Assembly: GCA_045536535.1 (NCBI GenBank)
Contig: JAZSNS010000017.1
Location: 15,940 to 79,939, forward strand
Direction of reading: 5' to 3'
DNA: 64,000 bases
Source: Eubacteriales bacterium
GTDB taxonomy: Bacteria > Bacillota > Clostridia > Oscillospirales > CAG-382
Each line of letters begins with the position of its first letter. The first letter of the stretch is position 1. Below the pieces are notes generated by a model. The model was given only the letters and a program-made list of their open reading frames with translations. It was not told where the DNA came from and did not search any database. Below are positions 55,107 through 64,000 of this stretch, piece by piece. Position numbers and translations under genes: made by a program.

Positions 55107-56087
55107 TTAATGCAATATGATAGAGATGACCTTTTCGATAAATTCGGAGGAAATATCGCGAAGCGCGAATTCTTCGCCTTTGCGAACGAAATTCGAGCGA
55201 AGAACAAATGCAGTTTTCCCCGAAACGCCGCGTTCGATTTCAAAATCCCAAAGATTTCGGTCGGCAAGAAGTTTGATCATGTAGAGCCAAAAATCCGTTT
55301 CGTTCATATCCTCGGGAGCTCGGAACGGTTTTTTGAAAATCTCTGCGCCGGAAAACAAAACCAAATCTTCCCCGACGACTCTCAAAACAATTTCGTTGCC
55401 TTTTCCCGAAAGCTCGGTTTTGACCTTTTTAGCGCCGTTTTCGGCGAAGAACGATGCCGCAAACAAGGAGATAAGCGCAAATGCGCGGTCGGAACCGTCG
55501 GTGATGAGTTCGTTTTCGGAAACCGAAAACTCAAATCTTTCCGACAACTTTTTCGGGAGTTTTGCCGTTTCTTGTGCGATTCCGCGAATGACCGATGCCG
55601 AGTTGAAAAACGGAAGCCCGTTGAAGAAATCCATCGTGTCAAGCAGTTCCGACAGCAGACCTGCGATCTCATAAACCCGACTTTCTTTCGGCATCAGTGC
55701 CGGAATTTCGTTGTCATATCCCGACATGCGTTTGTAATCGGCCGTGACCAGATCAATAAGTTTTGCGTAAAGCGGTCGGATAAAAACAACCGTGAATCTA
55801 TCGCCGCAAACCGCCATTCCGCCGAGCGTTGCGGAATTCACTTCAAGTTCAATGCTCGAAACACCGCCCGCGTTCATTGACGAAACGACAGAAAGCGCCT
55901 CGCCCGAAAGAAAACGGCTGAATTTCGCGCCGCGCCTGATGCCCGGAATGTATTCGTTGACCGCAGGGCTTTTGGAAACAACCTTCAAATTTTCGTCGAG
56001 CAAAACCACAGGCTCGCTCATCAGCGAAACCTCTTTTTCAAGTTCGGTTCGGGAATTCCCGCCGAGAGTTTTTATGTTGATGCGCAT
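55107..56087 (-). CDS. Hypothetical cytoplasmic protein (304-326 aa), co-oriented 12 nt downstream of a small XRE regulator
   Basis: No TM segment and no family I recognise. The N-terminal third looks PAS-like (VVLLDENLKVVSKSPAVNEYIPGI). The start is either ATG 56087 (weak RBS) or ATG 56021 (AGAGG RBS). Confidence 0.6.
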   Translation of the reverse strand: MRINIKTLGGNSRTELEKEVSLMSEPVVLLDENLKVVSKSPAVNEYIPGIRRGAKFSRFLSGEALSVVSSMNAGGVSSIELEVNSATLGGMAVCGDRFTVVFIRPLYAKLIDLVTADYKRMSGYDNEIPALMPKESRVYEIAGLLSELLDTMDFFNGLPFFNSASVIRGIAQETAKLPKKLSERFEFSVSENELITDGSDRAFALISLFAASFFAENGAKKVKTELSGKGNEIVLRVVGEDLVLFSGAEIFKKPFRAPEDMNETDFWLYMIKLLADRNLWDFEIERGVSGKTAFVLRSNFVRKGEEFALRDISSEFIEKVISIILH

Positions 56088-56099
56088 GATTTCTTTTTC

Positions 56100-56300
56100 T
56101 CAATCCTTTACGTATTCCGCAATGTCGGAAAGTTTGCAGTCAAGAATGCCGCAAAGCTGATTGAGGGTGTATGTGCTGACGTTTGCGTTCTTGCGAAGAC
56201 GGTCGATCTGACCGCGGCTCACTTGGTAATCTTTTATGAGTTTGTATTGCGAAATCTTCTTCTTTTTCATGGTTTCCCAAAGTTTGTCGTAACGAATCAT
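56100..56300 (-). CDS. Small XRE/Cro-CI-type HTH transcriptional regulator (66 aa)
   Basis: MIRYDKLWETMKKKKISQYKLIKDYQVSRGQIDRLRKNANVSTYTLNQLCGILDCKLSDIAEYV has the classic HTH_3/HTH_26 layout. Confidence 0.8.
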   Translation of the reverse strand: MIRYDKLWETMKKKKISQYKLIKDYQVSRGQIDRLRKNANVSTYTLNQLCGILDCKLSDIAEYVKD

Positions 56301-56421
56301 AAAGTCACCTTTTTTGAATTTCTTCCTTGATGATTTTATGATAAAACTTCTCCGCCAAATGACAATTCCCCAAAATCGGGGATTGCACTTTTTGGGGGTG
56401 CAAATCGGGCGGAGGGTGTTG

Positions 56422-56679
56422 TCAGATTTTCATTCTTTCGTATTTCATTTTCGTCGCTTCGCCGCCGCGAAGATGCCTTTCGGCGCGGTTTTTCGCAAGG
56501 ACTTCCGAGACCTCTGCAAAAAGCGACGCGTCAAGGTTTTTAAGCCTTTCGGTCAGATCTTTATGTACGGTGCTTTTGCTGACGCCGAAATGTTTCGCCG
56601 CCGATCTGACCGTTGCGCCCGTAACGACAACATATTCGGCAATTTCGACCGCTCTTTCGTCAATATCGCCATTAAACAT
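56422..56679 (-). CDS. spoIIID: Stage III sporulation protein D (mother-cell transcription factor)
   Basis: 85 aa from ATG 56679 (GGGAG RBS). VRSAAKHFGVSKSTVHKDLTERL......L..EV.E.L..N...RHLRGGEATK.KY is near-identical in pattern to B. subtilis SpoIIID. Confidence 0.9.
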   Translation of the reverse strand: MFNGDIDERAVEIAEYVVVTGATVRSAAKHFGVSKSTVHKDLTERLKNLDASLFAEVSEVLAKNRAERHLRGGEATKMKYERMKI

Positions 56680-56916
56680 TACATCATCTCCCAAAAGGGT
56701 TTTTAAGATGTATATGAAATAAAAACTCAAAAAATAACAAAACACGGTTGCGTGCTTTTCAAGGGTGTGTGTCGGGCCGCTGATGTGAGCGCAGAACGGT
56801 TCTGTCGTACAAAATTATAGAGCGTGCGACCAAACAAAGGCTTGTTTTTCTTGACACGGCAAATAATTAGTGGTATTATTATTGTGTATGATTATATGTT
56901 AACGGGAGGTGCAAGC

Positions 56917-57747
56917 GTGGGAAGAGTTATATTTGTCACGGGTTTCAAGGGCGGCGTCGGAAAAACGACGGTTTCTGCCAATATTGCCGCGACACTTCAC
57001 GCGCTCGGAAATAAGGTTCTTATTGTAGATGCCGATTTCGGCATGAGGTGTATGGACCTTGTTCTCGGGCTTGAAAGCGACATACTTTTCGATTGCAGTG
57101 ACGTTCTTCTCGGCCGCTGTTCGCCTATGGCAGCGATGTGCGATATTTACGGAATGACAGGATTTTCGTTTCTTTCCGCTCCGATAAGCGTGCCGGAAGA
57201 AAAGATCCCGAAAGAATCATTCAATCTTATGTTTGCCGAACTCAGGGACGAGTTTGATTATATCATCGTTGACTCCTGTGCCGAAATGACCGATTACTAT
57301 CTGGCTTTCGCGGCGCAGGCGGACGAGGCGATCGTTGTCACGTTGCACCAATCGACGGCGGTCCGCGCCGCTGAAAAAACGGCGTCGCGTCTTACTGCTT
57401 TGGGCATCAAAGAGATCTCGTTGGTCGTCAACGGATATCGCGCGGCTTTTGCCGAAAAGGGCAAACTCCCCAACATCATAGAGATCATTAACCGTTCGTC
57501 GGTCCGTCTGCTCGGCGTCGTTCCTTATTGTGAAAGACTTCAAACCGCACAAGAGGCCGGTGAATTGGCATTTTTCGGTGATCCTCGCAAGAAAGCGACA
57601 AAATGGGAATCTGCTTTTTACAACATCGCCCGACGCATCACCGGAAACAAGATAAACCTTTTTGAAAATTGCGAAAAACCGAAACGACGCAGCGCCTATG
57701 AGGGGATTGCGTTGCGAGTTTTATATGAATTGGTTGAAAAACCGTAA
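56917..57747 (+). CDS. MinD/ParA-family P-loop ATPase (orphan, no minC/minE nearby)
   Basis: GTG 56917 lies 7 nt after the GGGAGG RBS. Deviant Walker A GFKGGVGKTT, Walker B YIIVDS. Confidence 0.78.
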   Translation: MGRVIFVTGFKGGVGKTTVSANIAATLHALGNKVLIVDADFGMRCMDLVLGLESDILFDCSDVLLGRCSPMAAMCDIYGMTGFSFLSAPISVPEEKIPKESFNLMFAELRDEFDYIIVDSCAEMTDYYLAFAAQADEAIVVTLHQSTAVRAAEKTASRLTALGIKEISLVVNGYRAAFAEKGKLPNIIEIINRSSVRLLGVVPYCERLQTAQEAGELAFFGDPRKKATKWESAFYNIARRITGNKINLFENCEKPKRRSAYEGIALRVLYELVEKP

Positions 57748-57778
57748 ATTTTTTTGAAAGACAAGGGAGGATTTAACT

Positions 57779-58186
57779 ATGAACATTGCGATCATTGCCA
57801 ACGATAAGAAAAAAGAACTTATCACCGAATTTTGCATCGCCTATTGCGGCATTCTGTCCAGACATAACATTTGCGCAACCGCAATAACCGGAAAATATAT
57901 TTCCGAGGCAACCGGACTTTTCATTGAAAAGTTGCTTGCCGGTTCTCACGGCGGCAGCGAACAGATCGCATCGAAGATCGCTTATGACGAAGTTGACGTT
58001 CTGATACTTCTCCGCGATACGAATAACGACTCGGAATATACAGAAACCGAACTTAACCTTGTTAAACTTTGCGATAAATATACCGTTCCCGTTGCAACAA
58101 ATATCGCAACGGCGGAAGCGCTTATTCTCGCGCTTGACAGGGGCGACCTTGATTGGCGTCAGAACATCAGAAACACAAACGTCTGA
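57779..58186 (+). CDS. Methylglyoxal-synthase-like (MGS-fold) protein lacking MgsA catalytic residues
   Basis: 135 aa, colinear with MgsA (MNIAIIANDKKK...ATAITG...GSHGGSEQI...VLILLRD...VPVATNIATAE). The His of AHD, the Asp of GGDQQ and the PH(D/E)PD motif are all substituted. Confidence 0.78.
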   Translation: MNIAIIANDKKKELITEFCIAYCGILSRHNICATAITGKYISEATGLFIEKLLAGSHGGSEQIASKIAYDEVDVLILLRDTNNDSEYTETELNLVKLCDKYTVPVATNIATAEALILALDRGDLDWRQNIRNTNV

Positions 58187-58216
58187 AATTATTGAAAAAC
58201 GGAGAAACCCATTAAA

Positions 58217-59476
58217 ATGAACAGGATTCAAAAACCCAAAGGAACTCTCGATATCCTTCCTTCCGATATCGGGCTTTGGCAATATATCGAAAACACGGTT
58301 CGTGATATCGCGCGGATCTATGGCTTTTCGGAAATAAGAATGCCCACTTTTGAGGCGACCGAGCTTTTCTGTCGCGGCGTGGGCGATACGACCGACGTTG
58401 TCGGCAAAGAAATGTATACTTTTATTGATAAAGACGGTTCAAGCCTTTCGCTTCGTCCCGAAGGCACTGCGGGCGTTGCCCGTTCGGTTATCGAAAACGG
58501 TCTTTATGCCGGTGCGATGCCGCTCAAAATGTTTTATCTTTCGAACTTCTTCCGCCGCGAAAAACCGCAGGCAGGCAGAAGCCGTGAGTTTTGGCAGTTC
58601 GGCACCGAACTTTACGGAAGCTCGCTTCCCGAGGCTGACGCGCAGGTGATTTTGCTTGCCGACGGTCTTTTTAAACGTTTCGGGCTTAAAAACGCAACGC
58701 TTCGCATCAACTCGATCGGCTGTCCCGAGTGCCGCCCGAATTATCGCAAAGCGTTGCTTGATTATTTTTCGCAATATGAGAGCGAACTTTGTCCCACCTG
58801 CCGCGAAAGGTTGCAAAAAAATCCGCTTCGCGTGCTGGACTGCAAGAGTCCCGTTTGCTCGGGGATCGCAAAAAATGCGCCCAAAACGCTCGAACACCTT
58901 TGCGAAAACTGCGACAGTCATTTTGAAAAACTGAAAAAACTTCTTGACGGCTGCGGTGTGGATTACATCGTCGATCCTTCCATCGTTCGCGGTCTTGATT
59001 ATTATACAGGCACCGTTTTTGAATTCACCGTTGACTCCATCGGCGCGCAAAGCACGGTTTGCGGCGGCGGACGTTATGACGGTCTGCTTGCTTCGATCGG
59101 CGGCCCCGAAATGCCTGCGGTAGGTTTCGGTATGGGTATCACACGCCTTATTCAGGCGCTGAAAGATGAAAATCTCGTTCCCGAAATCGAGACCGGTTGT
59201 GACGTTTATATCGCGCCTCTCGGCGAGAACGCATCGGGCGAGGCATTCCTGCTCGCTCAACAGCTCCGCCAAAACGGTGTTTCCGCCGAAACCGATATCT
59301 GCGGCAGAAGCCTTAAAGCGCAGATGAAATATGCCGACAAAGCGGGAGCGAAATTTGTGATCGTTATCGGTGATAACGAAATTGCCGAAAACGAAGCGGA
59401 ACTTCGCAACATGAAAAACGGCGAACGAGTTAAGGTTGCTTTAACAGTAAACAATATAATGGACAAGGTAAAATAA
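58217..59476 (+). CDS. hisS: Histidine--tRNA ligase
   Basis: 419 aa. Class II motifs (RPEGTA, FRRE(K)PQAGR.REF.Q, GGGRYDGL) and a C-terminal anticodon-binding domain. Confidence 0.96.
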   Translation: MNRIQKPKGTLDILPSDIGLWQYIENTVRDIARIYGFSEIRMPTFEATELFCRGVGDTTDVVGKEMYTFIDKDGSSLSLRPEGTAGVARSVIENGLYAGAMPLKMFYLSNFFRREKPQAGRSREFWQFGTELYGSSLPEADAQVILLADGLFKRFGLKNATLRINSIGCPECRPNYRKALLDYFSQYESELCPTCRERLQKNPLRVLDCKSPVCSGIAKNAPKTLEHLCENCDSHFEKLKKLLDGCGVDYIVDPSIVRGLDYYTGTVFEFTVDSIGAQSTVCGGGRYDGLLASIGGPEMPAVGFGMGITRLIQALKDENLVPEIETGCDVYIAPLGENASGEAFLLAQQLRQNGVSAETDICGRSLKAQMKYADKAGAKFVIVIGDNEIAENEAELRNMKNGERVKVALTVNNIMDKVK

Positions 59477-59477
59477 A

Positions 59478-61259
59478 ATGGCAGAATTGCTTGGAAGCGA
59501 ACGCCGCACGCATTATTGCGGCGATTTAAGAGAAACTAATATCGGCGAACAGGTTTGTGTTATGGGTTGGGTGAAGAAATCGCGCGACCTCGGCAGTTTG
59601 ATCTTTATCGATCTGCGTGACAGAAGCGGAATTGTCCAGCTTGCGTTCGACGAAAACAGCGAAAAAGCGGTTTTTGAAAAGGCAATGACGATCAAAACCG
59701 AGTTCGTTGTTTCGGCTCGCGGCGTTGTTCGCGAACGTTCGAGCAAAAACCCCGATATCCCCACCGGCAACATTGAGATTTTCGCCGACAGCATCAAGGT
59801 TTTGGGCGAAAGCGAAACTCCGCCTTTTGACATCACCGACGATTGCAAAACCAACGAAGAACTTCGTTTGACTCACAGATATCTCGATTTGCGCCGTCCC
59901 GTGCTTCAAAACAACATAATCTTCCGCGCAAAGGTCACAAAATCGGTTCGCGATTACCTTTGCGACAACGGCTTTATTGAAATCGAAACCCCGATTTTGA
60001 TAAAATCCACTCCCGAGGGCGCGCGCGACTATCTCGTTCCTTCGCGTGTGCACAAAGGCTCGTTCTATGCGCTTCCGCAATCTCCTCAGCTTTACAAGCA
60101 GCTTTCAATGGTTGCGGGCTTTGATAAATATTTCCAGATCGCGCGTTGCTTCCGCGATGAAGACCTCCGCGCCGACCGTCAGCCCGAATTCACTCAGATC
60201 GATATGGAAATGAGTTTCGTTGATACCGACGACGTTCTTGCTGTCGGAGAGGGACTTATCAAGCACATCTTTAAGGATTGTCTGGGAATCGACGTTCCCA
60301 CGCCTCTCCCCAGATATACCTATCGCGAATGCATGGAGCGTTTCGGCTCGGACAAACCCGACCTTCGCTTCGGTATGGAGATCGTTGATGTTTCCGATGC
60401 AATAAAAGGCTGCACTTTCCCTGTTTTTGCAAACGCTGTTGAAAACGGCGGCAGTGTTCGCGCGATCAACCTCAAAGGTTATGCCGAACAACTTTCGCGC
60501 AAGGATATCGACAAACTCGGCGAATATGCAAAAGGTTGCGGCGCAAAGGGTTTGGCTTGGGTCAAGCGCGGCGAGACCGACAGCGGTTCTTTCCTTAAAC
60601 ACATGACCGAAGACGAAATGAACGCCATTTATGCGGCAGCGGATTGTGAAAAGGGAGATATTCTTCTTATCCTTGCCGACAACGACAACAACCGTGTGCT
60701 CACACAACTCGGTCAGCTTCGTGTTGAGGCGGCAAACAGACTTAACGTTGAAAGAAGCGGCTATAACTTCCTTTGGGTCGTCGAGATGCCCTTCTTTGAA
60801 TATGATTACGAAAGCGGCGAATGGGTCGCAATGCATCACCCGTTCACAAGCCCGCTTGATGAATGTATCGAATATCTTGACAGCGACAAAGGCAAGGTCC
60901 GCGCAAAGGCTTACGACCTTGTTCTTAACGGCGTTGAACTTTCAAGCGGCTCGATAAGAATCACCGATCCGTCGCTTCAAGCGAAGATTTTTGAACTTTT
61001 GGGACTTTCCGATGAAGAAGCGAAGGTCAAGTTCGGTTATCTTCTCGAAGCCTTCCGTTACGGTGCACCGCCTCACGGCGGCATGGGCATCGGTCTTGAC
61101 CGTCTTGTAATGCAGATGGTCGGCGCGCAGAGCCTGCGCGATGTCGTTGCTTTCCCCAAAATGCAGAACGCAAAAGAACTGATGACCGATTGCCCCGCTT
61201 CGGTTCCTGCCGAGGCTATCGCAGAGCTCGGAATCACGATAAATAAGAACGAAGAATAA
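59478..61259 (+). CDS. aspS: Aspartate--tRNA ligase
   Basis: 593 aa. N-terminal OB fold (GWV...R..G...FIDLRDR.G..Q), FRDEDLRADRQPEFTQID, the GAD insertion, GGMGIGLDRL. The start is 1 nt after the hisS stop. Confidence 0.97.
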   Translation: MAELLGSERRTHYCGDLRETNIGEQVCVMGWVKKSRDLGSLIFIDLRDRSGIVQLAFDENSEKAVFEKAMTIKTEFVVSARGVVRERSSKNPDIPTGNIEIFADSIKVLGESETPPFDITDDCKTNEELRLTHRYLDLRRPVLQNNIIFRAKVTKSVRDYLCDNGFIEIETPILIKSTPEGARDYLVPSRVHKGSFYALPQSPQLYKQLSMVAGFDKYFQIARCFRDEDLRADRQPEFTQIDMEMSFVDTDDVLAVGEGLIKHIFKDCLGIDVPTPLPRYTYRECMERFGSDKPDLRFGMEIVDVSDAIKGCTFPVFANAVENGGSVRAINLKGYAEQLSRKDIDKLGEYAKGCGAKGLAWVKRGETDSGSFLKHMTEDEMNAIYAAADCEKGDILLILADNDNNRVLTQLGQLRVEAANRLNVERSGYNFLWVVEMPFFEYDYESGEWVAMHHPFTSPLDECIEYLDSDKGKVRAKAYDLVLNGVELSSGSIRITDPSLQAKIFELLGLSDEEAKVKFGYLLEAFRYGAPPHGGMGIGLDRLVMQMVGAQSLRDVVAFPKMQNAKELMTDCPASVPAEAIAELGITINKNEE

Positions 61260-61313
61260 AGAACGATCGAAAAAGACGTTTCTTTTATCATTCACCGAAT
61301 TTGAGGTTTTAAA

Positions 61314-62288
61314 ATGGTTGAAATTACAGACGTCCGTAAAAGCTATGGCGATAAACGCGCGGTAGACGGAATATCGTTCAAGATCGAGGAAGGCGAGATT
61401 CTCGGTTTTCTCGGCCCGAACGGCGCGGGTAAAAGCACCACGCTCAATATCATCACGGGTTATCTTTCCGCTGACAGCGGTGTTGTGAAAATCGACGGCA
61501 CAGACATTCTTGCCGAACCGATAAAAGCAAAAAAGGATATCGGCTTTTTGCCCGAGATCCCTCCGCTTTATCTTGAAATGACCGTTATCGAATATCTTAA
61601 CTTCGTTTATGACCTTAAAGGTTGTAAACTCCCCCGCAAACAGCATCTCAAAGAGATCTGTGAGGTCGTTAAGATCTGGGACGTCAGCAAAAGACTCATC
61701 AAAAACCTTTCCAAAGGCTACCGTCAGAGAGTCGGCATTGCACAGGCTCTTATCGGCAACCCCAAGGTACTTATCTTTGACGAACCGACGATCGGTCTCG
61801 ACCCGAGACAGATCATCGAGATCAGAAATCTGATAAGAATGCTCGGCAAGGAGCATACGATCATTCTTTCGACACATATTCTCCCCGAGGTTCAGGCTGT
61901 TTGTGACCGAGTTGTTGTTATAAACAAAGGAAAGATCGTTGCCGATGAAAAAACCGAAGACCTTGTCAATGCGGTCGACGGCTCGCGCAAACTCGTTGCG
62001 AAAATCGTCGGACCTGAGGACGAGGTGTTGAAAGCGATCCGTTCGCTCGGCGGCATTAAGACTGCCGACGTGCTCGGCAAGCGCGATACCGACAGCGTCA
62101 GTTATCTTATCGAATCTCAGGAACGGGTTGATATCAGAAAACCTCTGTTCCACATGCTTTCCGGCAAGGGTTGGCCGTTGATCGGTCTTGAAGGCGTTGA
62201 ATTGAGCCTTGAAGACATCTTCATTCGACTTGTCGGCAAGGAAAAAGAGAAAGAGAACGCAAAAAAATCAAGAAAGGGTGAGAAATAA
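61314..62288 (+). CDS. ABC-2-type transporter ATP-binding protein
   Basis: Walker A GPNGAGKST, LSKGYRQR, LIFDEPT. Confidence 0.92.
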   Translation: MVEITDVRKSYGDKRAVDGISFKIEEGEILGFLGPNGAGKSTTLNIITGYLSADSGVVKIDGTDILAEPIKAKKDIGFLPEIPPLYLEMTVIEYLNFVYDLKGCKLPRKQHLKEICEVVKIWDVSKRLIKNLSKGYRQRVGIAQALIGNPKVLIFDEPTIGLDPRQIIEIRNLIRMLGKEHTIILSTHILPEVQAVCDRVVVINKGKIVADEKTEDLVNAVDGSRKLVAKIVGPEDEVLKAIRSLGGIKTADVLGKRDTDSVSYLIESQERVDIRKPLFHMLSGKGWPLIGLEGVELSLEDIFIRLVGKEKEKENAKKSRKGEK

Positions 62289-62995
62289 TGTTTGCAATTT
62301 ATATGCGTGAGTTGAAATCTTATTTCCTCACACCTATCGGATATATCTTCTGCGGAATGTTTCTTGTCGTTTCGGGTCTGGTGTTCTCATTTTGCACCCT
62401 TATGGAGCAATCCACCGACAGCATCGGCACCTATTTTATCGGACTTATGATAGTTTTCGCGATCTTGCTTCCGCTTCTTACCATGAAACTCTTTTCCGAG
62501 GACAGAAAATCGCGCACCGACCAGATCCTTCTCACAAGTCCGGTTTCGGTTCTCGGCATCGTTATGGGTAAATATCTCGCGGCGATCACTGTTTTCGGCG
62601 TGACTTTTGTTGTGAACAGTTTCAATTTTGTGCTTTTGTTCAAATACGGCACGCCTAACATCGTTTCGATCCTTATGAACGTTTTTGGCATTTTCCTTCT
62701 CGGCGCGGCGTTCATCGCGATCGGGCTTTTGCTTTCGTCTGTGACTGAAAACCAACTTATTGCAGCGGTTTCGGCGATGGGCGTTAACGCGGCGATGCTT
62801 CTTATCAGCCTTCTTGCGGGAAGCATCGAAAACACCGCTGTACGTACCGTGCTCAAATGGTTTTCGATCATCGACCGTTTTGTTCCTTTTACAAACCAAA
62901 TGCTTGACATTTCGGCAATCGTTTATTATTTAAGCCTTGCCGCAGTTGCTTTGTTCCTCACGACGCGCGTTATCGAAAAACGCCGTTGGGCATAA
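62288..62995 (+). CDS. ABC-2-family permease (GldF-like)
   Basis: 235 aa with 6 TM helices. The ATG overlaps the stop of the ATPase gene. Confidence 0.8.
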   Translation: MFAIYMRELKSYFLTPIGYIFCGMFLVVSGLVFSFCTLMEQSTDSIGTYFIGLMIVFAILLPLLTMKLFSEDRKSRTDQILLTSPVSVLGIVMGKYLAAITVFGVTFVVNSFNFVLLFKYGTPNIVSILMNVFGIFLLGAAFIAIGLLLSSVTENQLIAAVSAMGVNAAMLLISLLAGSIENTAVRTVLKWFSIIDRFVPFTNQMLDISAIVYYLSLAAVALFLTTRVIEKRRWA

Positions 62996-63013
62996 GAAAG
63001 GCGGTGTTCTGAT

Positions 63014-64000
63014 ATGAATGGCAAACAGAAAAAAACCGCTCCCGTTAAGGATAAAAGGCGTTATAAATACGGCTCGCTTTCTGCGGCGTTCACTTTGGTC
63101 TTCATCGCGCTTGTTCTCGCGATAAACCTTGTTATTTCGGGTCTTTCGCTTTCGGGCGATATCACCGTTGACCTGACTCGCGAGGATTTCACGGGCATCG
63201 GTGAGACCACTGAAAAGTTGCTTGACGATCTCGGTGACGATCTTGATATCACTATCACTTTCATGTCCCCCCGAGACAGATTTGACAACGAAAGCAATCA
63301 GTATAAAGGCCTTAACCTTTCCGCGCTCGTGCGCGACCTTGCCGAAAACTATGAAAACAATTATTCGGGCAAGATAAAGGTTCAATATAAGGAACTCAAT
63401 TCCGACCCTGTTTTTGAAAAGAAATTCCGTGAGGAATCAACAATAACCCTTTCTTCGACGAGCGTTATCGTTGAAGGTCCTCACCATTTCCGCGTTCTTG
63501 ATATGTCTTCTTTCTTCACCGTTACCGAAGAGGGAGAATATCATTCCTTTAACGGCGAATATCGCCTTACGACCGCGATTTTGCAAAGCTCGATAAAAGA
63601 GGCTCAGGTCGTCACGTTCACTTATGGCAACGATGAGCCGATCGGCGACGACGGTTTGCTCAGAACCGATTCTGCCGCCGCAGGTCTTGCCGCAGTGCTC
63701 GAAGAGGCGGGGTTTGAAATCAAGACCGCCGACCTTGACAGAGATGAGATCCCCGAACGCACCGAGATCCTCATCTGCTATGATCCCGAGATCGACCTTT
63801 CTTACGTCGAAACCGATAAAATCACAAAATATCTCTCAAACCGCAATTCATTTATCGCGTTTGTCGATTCGGCAACGCCCGAATTGCCTGCGCTTCAATC
63901 GCTTCTTAATGACAACTGGGGCATCAATTACAAGCCTTATTCCCGCGTTACCGATAAGACCCATGCGGTCGGAGCAGAAGAAAACGTTGTTGTTAAATTC
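63014..64000 (+). CDS. GldG-like ABC-transport auxiliary component, N-terminal part (3' end outside window)
   Basis: ATG 63014, frame open to the window end and therefore absent from the ORF track. N-terminal TM anchor (LSAAFTLVFIALVLAINLVISGL), then ..DITVDLTRED..T.E.L..L.DDLDITITF, typical of Gld-type auxiliary proteins. Confidence 0.65.
   Translation, partial: MNGKQKKTAPVKDKRRYKYGSLSAAFTLVFIALVLAINLVISGLSLSGDITVDLTREDFTGIGETTEKLLDDLGDDLDITITFMSPRDRFDNESNQYKGLNLSALVRDLAENYENNYSGKIKVQYKELNSDPVFEKKFREESTITLSSTSVIVEGPHHFRVLDMSSFFTVTEEGEYHSFNGEYRLTTAILQSSIKEAQVVTFTYGNDEPIGDDGLLRTDSAAAGLAAVLEEAGFEIKTADLDRDEIPERTEILICYDPEIDLSYVETDKITKYLSNRNSFIAFVDSATPELPALQSLLNDNWGINYKPYSRVTDKTHAVGAEENVVVKF

Noticed and set aside
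1-64000. A window-wide search for mobile elements, prophage, CRISPR-Cas, restriction-modification, retrons/DGRs, toxin-antitoxin pairs, and rRNA/tRNA genes.
   Set aside because: I recognised no transposase, integrase, reverse transcriptase, Cas, methyltransferase/endonuclease or phage structural motif in any frame. I saw no tRNA-like T-loop/acceptor pattern and no spaced direct-repeat array. The only repeat-type signals are the structured intergenic element and the 42-nt duplication reported above.

Overview
This is a 64-kb chromosomal segment of about 50% GC (estimated by eye). It most likely comes from an endospore-forming member of the Clostridia. The evidence is spoIID, an adjacent M23/LytM spoIIQ-like gene, spoIIE, spoIIID, a YaaH/SleL-type LysM-GH18 gene and the Firmicute nadD-yqeK-rsfS-leuS gene order. 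A dockerin-bearing protein hints at Oscillospiraceae/Ruminococcaceae-like relatives, but that is inference only.

I support 47 protein-coding genes, two of them cut by the window edges. Most are core housekeeping:
- glycolysis: pgk, tpiA
- five aminoacyl-tRNA synthetases: glyQS, leuS, argS, hisS, aspS
- others: hom, murA, rnj, nadD, rsfS, yebC, nagA

I saw no rRNA, tRNA, CRISPR array, transposase, integrase, phage gene or recognisable defence or toxin-antitoxin module. No clearly novel multi-gene system stands out.

The parts the standard annotation does not explain, most interesting first:
1. A 7.7-kb gene encodes a 2,557-aa secreted protein. It has repeated CBM9/DOMON-like modules, two tandem 120-aa repeats and a C-terminal DUF4127-like region, and no anchor or catalytic motif I can recognise. 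A dockerin-CAP protein lies convergent to it.
2. A dispersed, structured intergenic repeat family has three copies plus a fragment. Compensatory stem changes occur between copies. One copy is bracketed by a perfect 42-nt direct repeat that duplicates the 3' end of the LysM-GH18 gene.
3. An ABC-DUF1854-ABC operon in which both half-transporters carry an extra N-terminal domain plus a zinc ribbon.
4. Two perfect palindromes share the core GTTTCACGTGAAAC.
5. Three enzyme look-alikes have lost catalytic residues or partners: an RNB-fold protein, an MgsA-like protein and an orphan MinD-like ATPase.
6. A convergent pair of small YD-repeat proteins.

All functional calls come from reading motifs in the translated ORFs. 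No database search was run.
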